In this document: in pieces, positions 19,841 through 30,120 of the stretch
Position numbering within the stretch: position 1 is the stretch's first letter
Layout: each line of letters begins with the position of its first letter
NCBI GenBank assembly: GCA_903915625.1
Contig: CAIWTN010000178.1
Location: 4,553 to 68,552, forward strand
Length of the DNA: 64,000 nt
From: an uncultured Pseudomonadota bacterium
GTDB lineage: Bacteria > Bdellovibrionota_B > Oligoflexia > Oligoflexales > CAIYRB01
Direction: 5' to 3'
Made by a program: the position numbers and the translations under genes
Notes under the pieces: generated by a model
The model's input: only the letters and a program-made list of their open reading frames with translations
Databases searched by the model: none
Told to the model about the DNA's origin: nothing

Positions 19841-20738
19841 GGCACCACTCCGCTTGAATCACTCGATCTCGACGTTCCCAATCTTTGCTGCAAACACAGT
19901 TCGACCAACCAGCTGCAGTCAAAATATTTGCGACAGCTTCGGCCTGACTACTTCCAATCTCAACCATGAGCAGACCGTTCGGCTTGAGCAGCTTCGGCGC
20001 CAAGCGAGCCAGAGCCCGATAAAAGAGTAGCCCATCGGGAGCAGCAAACAGCGCTTTCGAAGGCTCAAAATTAATCACCGAAGTCGACAAAGATGGCCTC
20101 TCGTCGGGACTGATGTAGGGAGGATTCGAGACGATCAGATCATAGTGAGAAGTTTGAGCAGCGGGATGAAGCGCAGTCCAGCTATCTTCAGCGAGGGCAT
20201 CACAACAGGCGAAACTGACGATTGCGCCCAGCGCTGTTGCGTTAGCGCGAGCTAGGTTTAAAGCAGCATCGTCAATGTCCCAAGCAACTACCTCGGCAGC
20301 TGGACACTTCAAGGCCAGAGATAGCGCGATGCAACCGCTGCCGGTTCCGACATCTAAGATCCGGGGCTTTTCCAGGCGCTTTACCGCATTCAAAGCGGAC
20401 TCCACCAACACCTCCGTGTCGGGACGTGGGATCAGCACCTCGGGACCGACCGCGAACGAAAACCCCATGAATTCCTTGGTTCCCGTTATGTACGCGACCG
20501 GCTCACCCTGACTGCGACGCTTCAAGCTGGCCTTGAAAGGCTCGCGCTCAACTGCATTCAGCGGCTTATCAAACTCAGTATATAACTGAATACGCGTCAT
20601 CTTTAAGCTGTGCGCAAGCAGCACTTCCGCGTCAAGTCGCGGTGAATCAGTCTGCCCACGATCACGCAAATACGTAGTCGACCAAGTCAATACGCGGCCA
20701 ATAGTCCACAGGCTATCGCTAGCACCCTCGGAACTCAT
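19833..20738 (-). CDS. prmC: Release-factor glutamine N5-methyltransferase
   Basis: It has the SAM motif ILDVGTGSGCIAL and the catalytic motif NPPYI. It lies directly downstream of, and overlaps, prfA. Confidence 0.85.
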   Translation of the reverse strand: MSSEGASDSLWTIGRVLTWSTTYLRDRGQTDSPRLDAEVLLAHSLKMTRIQLYTEFDKPLNAVEREPFKASLKRRSQGEPVAYITGTKEFMGFSFAVGPEVLIPRPDTEVLVESALNAVKRLEKPRILDVGTGSGCIALSLALKCPAAEVVAWDIDDAALNLARANATALGAIVSFACCDALAEDSWTALHPAAQTSHYDLIVSNPPYISPDERPSLSTSVINFEPSKALFAAPDGLLFYRALARLAPKLLKPNGLLMVEIGSSQAEAVANILTAAGWSNCVCSKDWERRDRVIQAEWCHE

Positions 20739-21829
20739 TTATTAACCGCGATCTCCTGCTGCAACAGCTCGGTTTGATGATGCGTGCCAAGCGCTTCAAG
20801 CACCTCACCGATTTCGCCCTCCATAATGGAGTCGAGTCTGTAGAGCGTCAAATTAATGCGATGATCAGTCAAACGACCTTGCGGAAAATTATAAGTCCGG
20901 ATGCGCTCGCTGCGATCGCCCGAGCCGACTTGGCTACGACGGTTGGCACTAATTTCTTGTTGCTGATCGTTGATAGCCTTTTCCAGCAACCTAGCCTTCA
21001 GGATCTTCATCGCCTTATCGCGGTTTTTATGCTGGGAGCGTTCATCCTGACACTCAACCACCAGCCCGGACGGTTTGTGCACCAACCGGACGGCCGAGTC
21101 GGTCGTGTTGACGTGCTGACCACCAGCACCCGAAGACCTACAGACGGTCATCTCGACATCAGAGGGATTTAGGTCGACCTCAACATCATCGGCTTCAGGC
21201 AAAATAGCCACCGTGCATGCACTGGTATGGATACGGCCTTGATTCTCAGTCGCAGGGACTCGCTGCACACGGTGCACGCCCATCTCAAACTTCAGTCGAC
21301 TGAAGACCGCCTGGCCCTCAATGAGACAGATAATTTCTTTGAACCCACCGGCCGATGACACCGTCGAGCTCAGCACTTCCGTGCGCCAACGCTGACGATC
21401 CGCGTAGCGCGTGTACATGCGGTATAAGTCAGCAGCAAACAGCGAAGCCTCATCACCACCGGTACCAGCCCGGATCTCTAAAATGACATTTTTGTCATCA
21501 TTGGGATCTTTAGGCAGGGTCAGTATGATAAGGCGCTTTTCTGTCGCTTCAATCTCGGCTTCGAGGGCGGCCAACTCTTCCTTGGCCATCGCCAACATGT
21601 CAGAATCGCGTTCTGCAGCTATCAAAGCCTTGGCTTCGTCTCTCTCCAGTTTAAGTTTCTTAAAATGGCGAAATACGGTCACCAGCTCTTCCAGCGAGGC
21701 CCGCTCCTTGGTCAGCCGAGTCATCTCGGCGCCCTTGAGCGTGCCCGATGCGAGCGCGTCTTCTAACCCGTTAAATCGGCGCTCTACGCCGTCGAGATTA
21801 TCGAACATAGTCGCAGTGGCCGGCGGCAA
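20735..21829 (-). CDS. prfA: Peptide chain release factor 1
   Basis: It has the GGQ motif (SGAGGQHVNTTDSAVR) and RF1-type PxT context (VPATE). Confidence 0.95.
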   Translation of the reverse strand: MPPATATMFDNLDGVERRFNGLEDALASGTLKGAEMTRLTKERASLEELVTVFRHFKKLKLERDEAKALIAAERDSDMLAMAKEELAALEAEIEATEKRLIILTLPKDPNDDKNVILEIRAGTGGDEASLFAADLYRMYTRYADRQRWRTEVLSSTVSSAGGFKEIICLIEGQAVFSRLKFEMGVHRVQRVPATENQGRIHTSACTVAILPEADDVEVDLNPSDVEMTVCRSSGAGGQHVNTTDSAVRLVHKPSGLVVECQDERSQHKNRDKAMKILKARLLEKAINDQQQEISANRRSQVGSGDRSERIRTYNFPQGRLTDHRINLTLYRLDSIMEGEIGEVLEALGTHHQTELLQQEIAVNK

Positions 21830-21844
21830 AGCCGCCGCCTAGCT

Positions 21845-22045
21845 TCACTTCTTACCGTATTTTTTCTGGAACTTCTCGATCCGGCCAGCGGTGTCAATCA
21901 GCTTCACTTTGCCCGTGAAGAACGGATGGCACGAGCTGCAAATCTCGAGGCGAATCTCGCTACGGGTCGACTTGGTAGTGAAGGTGTGGCCGCAGGCACA
22001 CGACACTTGTGCTTCACTGTACTCAGGATGGATGCCTTCTCTCAT
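21845..22045 (-). CDS. rpmE: 50S ribosomal protein L31 (Zn-ribbon type)
   Basis: It has MREGIHPEY, plus CxCG and [10 protein letters not shown]. Confidence 0.95.
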   Translation of the reverse strand: MREGIHPEYSEAQVSCACGHTFTTKSTRSEIRLEICSSCHPFFTGKVKLIDTAGRIEKFQKKYGKK

Positions 22046-22132
22046 GACAAACTTACCTTTCTCTTCACGACATCTCTAAGATCAACCTACTGTGATCTTT
22101 ACGATTATTAACTACGAAATCTACAGACACTG

Positions 22133-23506
22133 TTAGCCGTTCATCGACTCGATGAATTCCGCGTTGGTCTTGGACTTATCAATCTTGTCCAAGAGGAACT
22201 CCATCGCATCAACCGGGTTTAGTGGCTGCAGCAATTTCCGCAGGATCCACATACGGTTTAGAACGTCTTTTGGCAAGAGCAGATCTTCTTTACGGGTCCC
22301 TGATTTGTTCAGGTCCATCGCTGGGAAGGTCCGTTTTTCCGATAACTTACGGTCGAGATGGATCTCCATGTTGCCGGTACCTTTGAATTCTTCAAAGATG
22401 ACCTCGTCCATGCGCGATCCGGTGTCAATCAAGGCGGTGGCGATGATTGTCAGCGATCCACCCTCTTCGATATTACGGGCTGCACCAAAGAAGCGCTTAG
22501 GCTTGTGCAAAGCATTTGAGTCTACACCACCGGAAAGAATCTTACCCGACGGCGGCACTACGCTGTTGTACGCACGAGCCAAGCGAGTGATCGAATCAAG
22601 TAGAATGACCACGTCCTTCTTATGCTCGACCAAGCGTTTTGCTTTTTCGATGACCATCTCAGCCACCTGAACGTGACGCTGAGCCGGCTCGTCAAATGTC
22701 GAACTGATGACCTCACCGCGCACTGAGCGCTCCATGTCGGTCACTTCTTCAGGACGCTCGTCGATCAGCAGAACGATCAGGACGACGTCCGGATGATTCT
22801 TCGCCAGTGCTGAAGCGATATCTTGCAACAGCACAGTCTTACCGGTGCGAGGAGGCGCCACAATCAGCGACCTTTGGCCTTTACCGATCGGGCACAGCAG
22901 ATCCAAAATGCGAGTGGAGAGATTCTTAGGATTCCACTCCATCTTGAATTTTTCCATCGGATAAAGCGGCGTCAAATTGTCGAAAATGATCTTTTCGAAA
23001 TCAGGATCTGGCGCCGATCCATTGACGTTCTCAACTTTCAGCAGAGCGAAATAACGCTCGCTGTCTTTCGGCGGCCGAATCTGACCGGAGACCGTGTCAC
23101 CAGTACGCAGATTGAAGCGACGAATCTGTGACGGGGAGACGTAAATATCATCTGGACCCGGCAGGTAGTTATAGTCAGGAGCACGCAAGAAACCAAAACC
23201 ATCGGGCAAGGTCTCTAAAACGCCTTCGCCGTAGATGACGCCACCGCGTTCCGCCTGACCCTGCAACAGCGCAAAGATGAGCTCTTGCTTACGCATGTTG
23301 GGCGCGCCCTCGATACCGAGGTCCTTCGCCATCTTGTTCAGGTCAGCGATGCGCTCTTCTTTTAGTTCCGTCAGATTGATGGTCGGCACGTCGTCGTTTG
23401 TTTCCGGCAACGGCGGTTCCACAAAATTCTGCTGCGACACTAAGTTTGCTTGGGGGGCGGCAGGCTTGGCTGCTCTTTTCGCCTTGGTCGTCGTCGCGTC
23501 GGACAT
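22133..23506 (-). CDS. rho: Transcription termination factor Rho
   Basis: It has the RNA-binding region GFGFLR, Walker A PPRTGKT, and LIDERPEEV. About 40 aa of Ala/Lys/Pro-rich extension precede the conserved INLTELK. Confidence 0.95.
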   Translation of the reverse strand: MSDATTTKAKRAAKPAAPQANLVSQQNFVEPPLPETNDDVPTINLTELKEERIADLNKMAKDLGIEGAPNMRKQELIFALLQGQAERGGVIYGEGVLETLPDGFGFLRAPDYNYLPGPDDIYVSPSQIRRFNLRTGDTVSGQIRPPKDSERYFALLKVENVNGSAPDPDFEKIIFDNLTPLYPMEKFKMEWNPKNLSTRILDLLCPIGKGQRSLIVAPPRTGKTVLLQDIASALAKNHPDVVLIVLLIDERPEEVTDMERSVRGEVISSTFDEPAQRHVQVAEMVIEKAKRLVEHKKDVVILLDSITRLARAYNSVVPPSGKILSGGVDSNALHKPKRFFGAARNIEEGGSLTIIATALIDTGSRMDEVIFEEFKGTGNMEIHLDRKLSEKRTFPAMDLNKSGTRKEDLLLPKDVLNRMWILRKLLQPLNPVDAMEFLLDKIDKSKTNAEFIESMNG

Positions 23507-23788
23507 AGCTCTTCTCGCTAATTGGGTCGGTGGGTAAGATTTAGTGTGTTGAGATTAGTGCCTTAACCAGGTCGTAGGACTACCGCCTTGAGTGCCAGAT
23601 CTAAGAATTTGACACAAACTCTGGCGGCCGCAGCAATGGTGGCCTTTTTTCGGGTCGTCACCAATTGGTTATGAGGAACCTGATAGTTCAAAAGCATCGC
23701 ATTGTCAACAGCGAGGAATTGACCATTGCTGCAATACCATACCTAAGATTAAAATAGTTATAATCAATTATTAGACGAAGGAAGACTT

Positions 23789-24253
23789 ATGCCGCTTCTG
23801 ATGAAGTCAACCCGGACGGCCCTCCGCTCCGCTCTGCTCACCCTGTCTCTGATTGGTGCCGCGCTAAACACGGCTCCAGCCCAGGCAGCGTCCATGAGTA
23901 GTAGTCAGATGGGCACAGAAGAGCGGTTTCAAGACCTCTTCGTCACGGCTGGTTACTGCACGGCATTTGGCGCCGCCCTAGGTACGGCATTCTTAGCATT
24001 CACAAGCAACCCAGCGGAAAATCTACGCTTTGTGGCCGTAGGAGCATCCCTGGGCTTTATCGGCGGCTCGGCTCTTGGCTCCTACGTGATCTTGTCCCCT
24101 TTATTGGCCAGCGACGGCCCTGATACCTACAACGGGACTCTGGCATCCGAGGGACTGCTCCCCGCCCGCGGACTGGTACTACGCCCAACCATCGATCGCG
24201 TAACCCACAGGCTTAAGTCGATTGAGGGCGGACTAACTTTAGCTAGATTCTAA
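23789..24253 (+). CDS. Hypothetical small membrane/secreted protein
   Basis: GAAGGAAG lies 6 nt upstream of the ATG. A signal peptide ends in APAQAAS and is followed by two Gly/Ala-rich hydrophobic segments. No family recognised. Confidence 0.5.
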   Translation: MPLLMKSTRTALRSALLTLSLIGAALNTAPAQAASMSSSQMGTEERFQDLFVTAGYCTAFGAALGTAFLAFTSNPAENLRFVAVGASLGFIGGSALGSYVILSPLLASDGPDTYNGTLASEGLLPARGLVLRPTIDRVTHRLKSIEGGLTLARF

Positions 24254-24278
24254 GTTGCCACCCGACCAAACTTTGCGC

Positions 24279-26105
24279 CTAGCCCAGAATACTCCGAAAG
24301 GCCTCGGACTCGATCACGTCACGCGGCGCACCTGATGTCACCAACTCCCCGTGATTCAGGAGCAGCAACACATCCGCAATCTCCGCGGCGGCAAGCCGAT
24401 GCGCAATGGTGACCACGACCGCACCATCATCCGCCAGCTGCCGCAGCAGACCGTAGATGATTCTTTCGATCTCTGGATCGAGCGCAGACGTTCCCTCGTC
24501 AATCAACACGAAGGGCTGATGCTGATACCAAAGCCTAGCGAGCAACAGGCGCTGAGCTTGCCCACCCGAGACGCCGACGCCACCCTCACCCACGCGCGTC
24601 TGGACCCCGCCCGGCAAACCAGCAACCAGTTCCGTCAGGCCGACGCGCGCCAGCGCAGCCTCGACGCGCACTATATCTGCAGCCTCAGGGTAAGCAACAT
24701 TTGCCGCAATAGAATCTGGCAGCAAAATCACCTTCTGAGGCATGTAGGCCAGACCGGCACCACTGACTGGCTGCGCGGACTCAAAGCGCAGCGTCCCACC
24801 AATAGGCGTCACCAAGCCCAGCAAAATATTAAATAGAGTCGATTTACCGGCACCCGAAGGACCGGCTAGGCAATAAATGCGTCCCGCCTCGAAGCTAAAA
24901 GAAAGATTTTTTAGAGCTGGCTTGTCAGCCCCAGGGTAGGTCGCCGTCAACTGCTCACAAATGATCCGTGATTGCGGCGCCAACAACCGCGGCGCTGAGG
25001 CTACTTCAGCTTGGGCATGGGCCTGCAAGAATCCGAGCAAAGACCGCAAACGGTCGACAGCTGCTGCGCCCTCACGATTGGCATTTAAATAACGCCCCAG
25101 CTTGGCACCGGCCTGAGACAAAAGCCCCAGGGTAGAAAAGAAGGATAGCTCGATAGCCCCGGTTGATCGACCCGCATTTATATCCCGCAGAGCAATGATC
25201 AAGACCACAACCATGGCGACCACGGCAAATGCCTCAAGTAAAGGTGAGGTTCTCGCCTTTACCCGCGCTGCACGCAAAAATCGCTCGTAAAGGCCAGTGG
25301 TCAGAGACTCCATCTTGGCGATCTCGACACCTTCCGTTCGGTAGTGCTTGATAGTCTCGACACCCATCAAACGCTGCTGCAACCACTCGGTTAGCTGCGA
25401 ATAGTCTGCGAGCGCCTTCGCAGCACGCCGCCTGAGTACGCGGCCGATCCGGGAGCCCACCGCTGCCGCAGGCGCAACGCCAAGAAGGAAAATCGCGGTT
25501 AGCTTCGGTGATAGCATCACCAACATGACAGCCAAAAACACCACCTGAAAGGCTTCACGAGGCAGGCCACCATAAAAATGTACGAGGTATTCGCGCATTA
25601 GCTTAACGTCCGTGGTGATGCCACTGGACAGTTGTTCTTCCATGGACCGACCAGTTTGGTCGCGGCGATACCTTGGTGCCAACCCTATGTAGCTACCCGC
25701 CAAATCATCGCGCAAACGCAGTGAGGTAATTTCTCCCGCGCGCTCCCACAGAAACCACTGCGCCAAGCCAAGCAGACTCTTACTCAAGGCCAGCGCCACA
25801 AGTAGCCACGGAAGTTGCTTAAGAAGATCTCCCGCACTAATGCCGGACTCGCCATAAAAACGTGTGATGACCGGCCCCAACCAATCGCCGAATAATGCGG
25901 CAAATTGCATATGTTCGTCGCGCGGAGCCGTAATGACCTGCACACATGGACCGACCAATGCCGCGACTAGCGCACTGACCACACCCAGTGCTGCGGCCAT
26001 CACCAAGGCAGCACTAAGGCCACCCATGAGGGGTCTTAAATAGAACCACAACAGCGCCTTGTTATCGCGCATTGCTGGCGCTGGAATATTTACTGTTTCC
26101 ATCAT
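24279..26105 (-). CDS. ABC exporter, fused permease/ATPase (MsbA/type-1 exporter family)
   Basis: An N-terminal 6-TM domain is followed by Walker A GPSGAGKST, signature VSGGQAQRLLLAR and Walker B LIDEGTSALD. Confidence 0.85.
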   Translation of the reverse strand: MMETVNIPAPAMRDNKALLWFYLRPLMGGLSAALVMAAALGVVSALVAALVGPCVQVITAPRDEHMQFAALFGDWLGPVITRFYGESGISAGDLLKQLPWLLVALALSKSLLGLAQWFLWERAGEITSLRLRDDLAGSYIGLAPRYRRDQTGRSMEEQLSSGITTDVKLMREYLVHFYGGLPREAFQVVFLAVMLVMLSPKLTAIFLLGVAPAAAVGSRIGRVLRRRAAKALADYSQLTEWLQQRLMGVETIKHYRTEGVEIAKMESLTTGLYERFLRAARVKARTSPLLEAFAVVAMVVVLIIALRDINAGRSTGAIELSFFSTLGLLSQAGAKLGRYLNANREGAAAVDRLRSLLGFLQAHAQAEVASAPRLLAPQSRIICEQLTATYPGADKPALKNLSFSFEAGRIYCLAGPSGAGKSTLFNILLGLVTPIGGTLRFESAQPVSGAGLAYMPQKVILLPDSIAANVAYPEAADIVRVEAALARVGLTELVAGLPGGVQTRVGEGGVGVSGGQAQRLLLARLWYQHQPFVLIDEGTSALDPEIERIIYGLLRQLADDGAVVVTIAHRLAAAEIADVLLLLNHGELVTSGAPRDVIESEAFRSILG

Positions 26106-26304
26106 AGTTCGCTTCTAACATGCGCTAACCAGCAGAGCAACCGCTTGCAGACCGCCCCAGGAGCATTGACTTAAATTATTTATATCAGGTTCTTACAGGA
26201 AACGATTAGACTCAGGGCGCTGCACCCCCGTGAAGCTGTCCAGAGGTTGGAGCACTTGGTAACATAAAAGCAGAACCATCCTCGCCGCAGCACTGGACAC
26301 CCGC

Positions 26305-27108
26305 ATGTCGCAATCAGTTGCACGTAAGATCTCTGCGTCGAAGTCAGCATCGAAAGTTGCGCCTTCTTCCGCATGGCACGGCCTCGACGCCAACCTATCA
26401 CGCAAAAACCGCACGGTTCGCGTTGGTGACACGACATTTGCACTGAACTGCCTTGAGGACATGGAAGATGCATTCCAGCAGAGCTTCAAAGCCCTCCCCC
26501 ACGCAAGGCGAGCAATCGCGGCGGGCAATACCGCCGAACTAACCCCACATTTTGGTGTCGTGTGGCCTTCAGCCGTGGGCCTTAGCGAGCATGTTCAACA
26601 ATTCCTGGACTCTGGCAACTCGCCTGCCATAGCGCTCGAACTCGGCTGCGGACTCGGCCTGCCAAGCATGGTTGCGGCCAAGCAAGGCGTGAGGCGTGTC
26701 ATCGCCACCGATCGCCACCCACTAGTGTCGCAATTCCTCGCCCGCAACGTAGAAAGTAACAGCCTGCAAGGCATTGATTACCAGCCCCTGGATTGGCGTG
26801 ACTTAACTGAGACCTCAACCTTAGGGCTAAAGCAGAAGGTCGACTTACTCCTGGGCAGTGACCTGCTCTACGAAGCTTGGCAGCCAGGCTTTCTGGCGGC
26901 GGCAGTGGCCCACCTCTTGGCTCCAGATGGCGTCGCCATGTTGGCAGACCCAGGACGAAAATACATGGATGAATTCATGGATTTAAGTGCGGCGCATCAT
27001 ATCGCATGCAGGGAAACGTGCGTACGCAGGGTTCAGCTTGGCGAGACGGTCAGCGATGTGCTCGTCATCGAGCTAGTGTGGAAAAATTTCCAGGATGAGA
27101 AATTCTGA
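26305..27108 (+). CDS. Class I SAM-dependent methyltransferase, Methyltransf_16 (protein-lysine MT-like)
   Basis: It has VWPSAVGLSEHV...ALELGCGLGLPSMVAA...VIATD...LLGSDLLYE. The start is uncertain because there is no clear SD. Confidence 0.65.
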   Translation: MSQSVARKISASKSASKVAPSSAWHGLDANLSRKNRTVRVGDTTFALNCLEDMEDAFQQSFKALPHARRAIAAGNTAELTPHFGVVWPSAVGLSEHVQQFLDSGNSPAIALELGCGLGLPSMVAAKQGVRRVIATDRHPLVSQFLARNVESNSLQGIDYQPLDWRDLTETSTLGLKQKVDLLLGSDLLYEAWQPGFLAAAVAHLLAPDGVAMLADPGRKYMDEFMDLSAAHHIACRETCVRRVQLGETVSDVLVIELVWKNFQDEKF

Positions 27109-27151
27109 CTTGCGCTCCTGATCTCGATTAGGCATAGTTGGTCGCTGTTAC

Positions 27152-27227
27152 GGGGGATTAGCTCAGTTGGTAGAGCACTAGATTTGCATTCTAGGGGTCA
27201 GGAGTTCGAATCTCCTATCCTCCACCA
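27152..27227 (+). tRNA. tRNA-Ala (anticodon UGC), CCA encoded
   Basis: I folded the cloverleaf by hand: acceptor GGGGGAT/ATCCTCC with the G3:U70 alanine identity pair, anticodon stem CTAGA/TCTAG, loop TTTGCAT, T-arm AGGAG-TTCGAAT-CTCCT. The length is 76 nt. Confidence 0.9.
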
Positions 27228-27245
27228 TAACAAAACATAGTCGAA

Positions 27246-27280
27246 CCCTAGATTTTCCAAAATCTGGGGTTTTTCTTATT
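27246..27280 (+). terminator. Rho-independent terminator after tRNA-Ala
   Basis: An 11-bp stem CCCTAGATTTT / AAAATCTGGGG (one G:U pair) with a short loop is followed by TTTTTCTTATTT. Confidence 0.6.
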
Positions 27281-27387
27281 TGGCACCAATCGGCCCGCCC
27301 TCAGCGCCAGGCCACGTTGCCTCCGCGCTACTTGCGCAGCACCTGCTTAATTGCCCATATGTGGCGGCCACAAACGGAGTTTAACGC

Positions 27388-27627
27388 ATGGCACAACCAC
27401 TGATACTTGGTGGGATTTACACCCACTATAAAGGCAAAAATTACAAAGTCCTCGGGATCGCACGCCATAGTGAAAGCCTTGAGGAGCTGGTCGTTTACGA
27501 AGCCCTTTATGAAAACGATCTTGGGACGTTGTGGGTACGTCCGAAGGCAATGTTTGAAGGCACAGTTACAGTGGACGGCGTCACTATGCCGCGCTTCAAA
27601 TTTATCTTTTCTCCCAATGGCGCCTGA
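27388..27627 (+). CDS. DUF1653-family small protein
   Basis: YTHYKGKNYKVLGIARHSESLEELVVYEALYEN...LWVRPKAMF matches the DUF1653 pattern as I remember it. Confidence 0.7.
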   Translation: MAQPLILGGIYTHYKGKNYKVLGIARHSESLEELVVYEALYENDLGTLWVRPKAMFEGTVTVDGVTMPRFKFIFSPNGA

Positions 27628-27687
27628 GTGGTACGGTCGCCTACGTGGGGCCAAGATTTGTGCGCTCCATGAAATGGAGCACCGGCA

Positions 27688-30120
27688 GTGGAGCCTACCA
27701 ACAAAAAACCGCACCCAGGACTGAGCAGCGAATCGGCAGCCAATCTCCTTGCTAAGCACGGCCGCAACGAGATCGAACAAAGCAAGACAAGATCTCCCTG
27801 GCAGCTACTCTTTGAACAATTCAAAAGCCCTCTAGTCGTCATACTCATCTTTGCTTGCGCACTATCCGCCGCATTAGGAGAGATCGTTGAAGCTGCTGCG
27901 ATAGGAGCAATTTTAGCGCTAAATGCTTTGATTGGTTTCTTTCAGGAGTACCGCGCTGAGACTGCAATCTTGGCGCTACAAGAAATCACTGCACCGAGAG
28001 CCAGAGTCATCAGGGATGGCCGCCAATTAATCATCCCTGCTCACGACGTGGTTCCTGGCGACATCCTGGTACTTGAGGCTGGCGACATAGTAGCCGCGGA
28101 CTCAGAAATAATTGAAGCCTCTCGCTTGCAGTTGAATGAAGCCATCTTAACTGGCGAAAGTCGCCCCGCCAGAAAATCACAACCAAATTCAACTGACACT
28201 CAATCACCAATCGATCGTGACAGTTCGGTATTTATGGGAACAGCGGTAGTCACTGGCACAGCTTTAGTCAAAGCCACAGCAACCGGCATGAAGACCGAGC
28301 TCGGACGCATCGCTAAACTAATTTCCACTGCCGAATCAGGACCTACGCCGCTGCAAGTCCAGTTAGCAAAAGTGGGGAGATCGCTACTTTTAATTTGTCT
28401 AGCAGTGGTCGCCGTCGTAGCTATCATCGGTATCGCTCAGGGGCGATCCTGGCTGGATATTTTGGTGTTTTCTGTCTCACTCGCAGTTGCTGCAGTACCA
28501 GAGGGCATGCCTGCGATTGTCACCGTCGCACTCGCCCTGGGAGTGCAGCGATTAGCCGCGCGCAATGCCCTGATCAGAAAACTCCCCAGCGTGGAAACGC
28601 TCGGCAGCGTCTCCGTCATCTGCACAGACAAAACCGGGACACTGACCACAGGACAAATGCGAGTCAGAGACGTCTGGGGCGAAGACTCTAATGAGATCTT
28701 ACGCGCTGCGGCTTCCTGTTGTGATGCAGAACTTGATCTGCAGGGTAACGGTGGCACTGGCGACCCTACCGAAATCGCAATTTTGATAGCTGCACGAGAA
28801 AGAGGCTTAAGCAAAGAGACGATCGAAAGCGCAAACCCAAGGACATCTTCAGAACCATTTGATGCCGAACGCCGCCGCATGTCGGTACTTAGGCAAGACT
28901 CAGTCAATTACGTAAAAGGTGCATCAGAGACGATTTTTTCTCTTTCGAACCTTTCTTCCGCGAGTCTTCAGGCCGCGACAAAGGCAGCAACCGACATGTC
29001 GGAACGTGGCCTTCGGGTACTAGCAGTCGCTATTGGTCATGGACCCGGTGAGAAAAATCTACAGTTTTTGGGTCTCCTCGGTATCGCTGATCCACCGCGA
29101 ATAGAGGCAGCAGATTCTATCCGAGAGGCACGGCGTGCCGGCATCATTCCGGTGATGATCACCGGAGATCATCCGCATACTGCCGCCGCCATCGCTCGCG
29201 AACTCGGACTATTACTGGAAGGCGAAGCAGTCGACTCCCGAGTGCATGCACGCGCAACACCCGAGGACAAGCTCAAGTTAGTTCGCAAGTGGAAAAGCGA
29301 CGGCCATATCGTGGCCATGACAGGAGACGGCGTCAATGACGCACCCGCTCTCAGAGAAGCTCATATCGGCATCGCTATGGGCCGAAGCGGCACCGAAGTG
29401 ACACGCCAAGCCTCCGACCTTATTCTTGCCGATGACAATTTTGCCACCATTGTCGCCGCAGTCCGGGAGGGACGCGGAATTTTTGAAAATATTAGACGAT
29501 CGATCAGTTACCTTTTAACCGGCAATCTAGCCGAAATCGCCGTAGTAATGGGAGCTATCACTCTCTCACTGCCACTCCCCCTACTGGCTCCGCACCTACT
29601 CTGGATCAATTTAGTCACGGATGCGCTACCGGCACTGACATTGATCGTAGAGAAATTGTCACCAAACATAATGACACGTCCACCGCGGTCTAAAAACGAG
29701 CCCTTATTGGGGCGTCCAGAATGGACACAAATTATCGCGGTGGGGCTCCTAGAGGCCGCCGTTTCTCTGGGGCTCTACTGGTACCTACTAAAAGAGCACG
29801 ATGTTGACTATGCTCGTAGCATTTTATTTAGTGAAATAGTTTTCAGTCAGTTAGTCAGGTCTTTCGGAGCCAGATCATCCACGCGGACTTTCTGGGAGGC
29901 CGGTATATTCAGCAATCTCTGGATGCTTGCGATCGTCTTAATTACCGGACTGATTCAAATCAGCCTACATTACATCCCTGTAGCTCAACAAATGTTTGCG
30001 CTGCGGCCACTGCACCTGGTCGATTTTTTACTGATTGGTCCATGCGCCCTAGTCACCGTTTCCATCATTGAAATCAGGAAACTTCTGATGAGAGCATTTA
30101 AATCAAACCTGAGACACTAA
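27688..30120 (+). CDS. Cation-transporting P-type ATPase (type II, Ca2+/Mg2+-like)
   Basis: It has TGES, PEGMPA, the phosphorylation site [10 protein letters not shown], and the hinge motif [15 protein letters not shown] at 27688 is the first start after an in-frame stop. Confidence 0.9.
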   Translation: MEPTNKKPHPGLSSESAANLLAKHGRNEIEQSKTRSPWQLLFEQFKSPLVVILIFACALSAALGEIVEAAAIGAILALNALIGFFQEYRAETAILALQEITAPRARVIRDGRQLIIPAHDVVPGDILVLEAGDIVAADSEIIEASRLQLNEAILTGESRPARKSQPNSTDTQSPIDRDSSVFMGTAVVTGTALVKATATGMKTELGRIAKLISTAESGPTPLQVQLAKVGRSLLLICLAVVAVVAIIGIAQGRSWLDILVFSVSLAVAAVPEGMPAIVTVALALGVQRLAARNALIRKLPSVETLGSVSVICTDKTGTLTTGQMRVRDVWGEDSNEILRAAASCCDAELDLQGNGGTGDPTEIAILIAARERGLSKETIESANPRTSSEPFDAERRRMSVLRQDSVNYVKGASETIFSLSNLSSASLQAATKAATDMSERGLRVLAVAIGHGPGEKNLQFLGLLGIADPPRIEAADSIREARRAGIIPVMITGDHPHTAAAIARELGLLLEGEAVDSRVHARATPEDKLKLVRKWKSDGHIVAMTGDGVNDAPALREAHIGIAMGRSGTEVTRQASDLILADDNFATIVAAVREGRGIFENIRRSISYLLTGNLAEIAVVMGAITLSLPLPLLAPHLLWINLVTDALPALTLIVEKLSPNIMTRPPRSKNEPLLGRPEWTQIIAVGLLEAAVSLGLYWYLLKEHDVDYARSILFSEIVFSQLVRSFGARSSTRTFWEAGIFSNLWMLAIVLITGLIQISLHYIPVAQQMFALRPLHLVDFLLIGPCALVTVSIIEIRKLLMRAFKSNLRH

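Noticed and set aside
22152-22670. Long antisense or alternative-frame ORFs inside well-supported genes. This one is 172 aa inside rho. Others include 13117-13551, 14483-14926, 21411-21842, 24351-24836, 28437-28907, 48817-49245 and 58768-59229.
   Set aside because: Each lies wholly within a gene that has strong family motifs. Their translations are Arg/Ser/Pro-rich with no motifs, which is typical of spurious shadow ORFs in GC-moderate genomes.
23626-23650. A hairpin (GGCCGC-AGCAAT-GGTGGCC) followed by TTTTTT on the plus strand in the rho/23789 intergenic region. An 11-bp inverted copy (ACCATTGCTGC) lies about 80 nt downstream.
   Set aside because: It looks like an intrinsic terminator, but no plus-strand gene ends upstream of it. 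On the rho (minus) strand the A-run precedes the stem. It may belong to the rho leader or be coincidental, and I cannot support a function.
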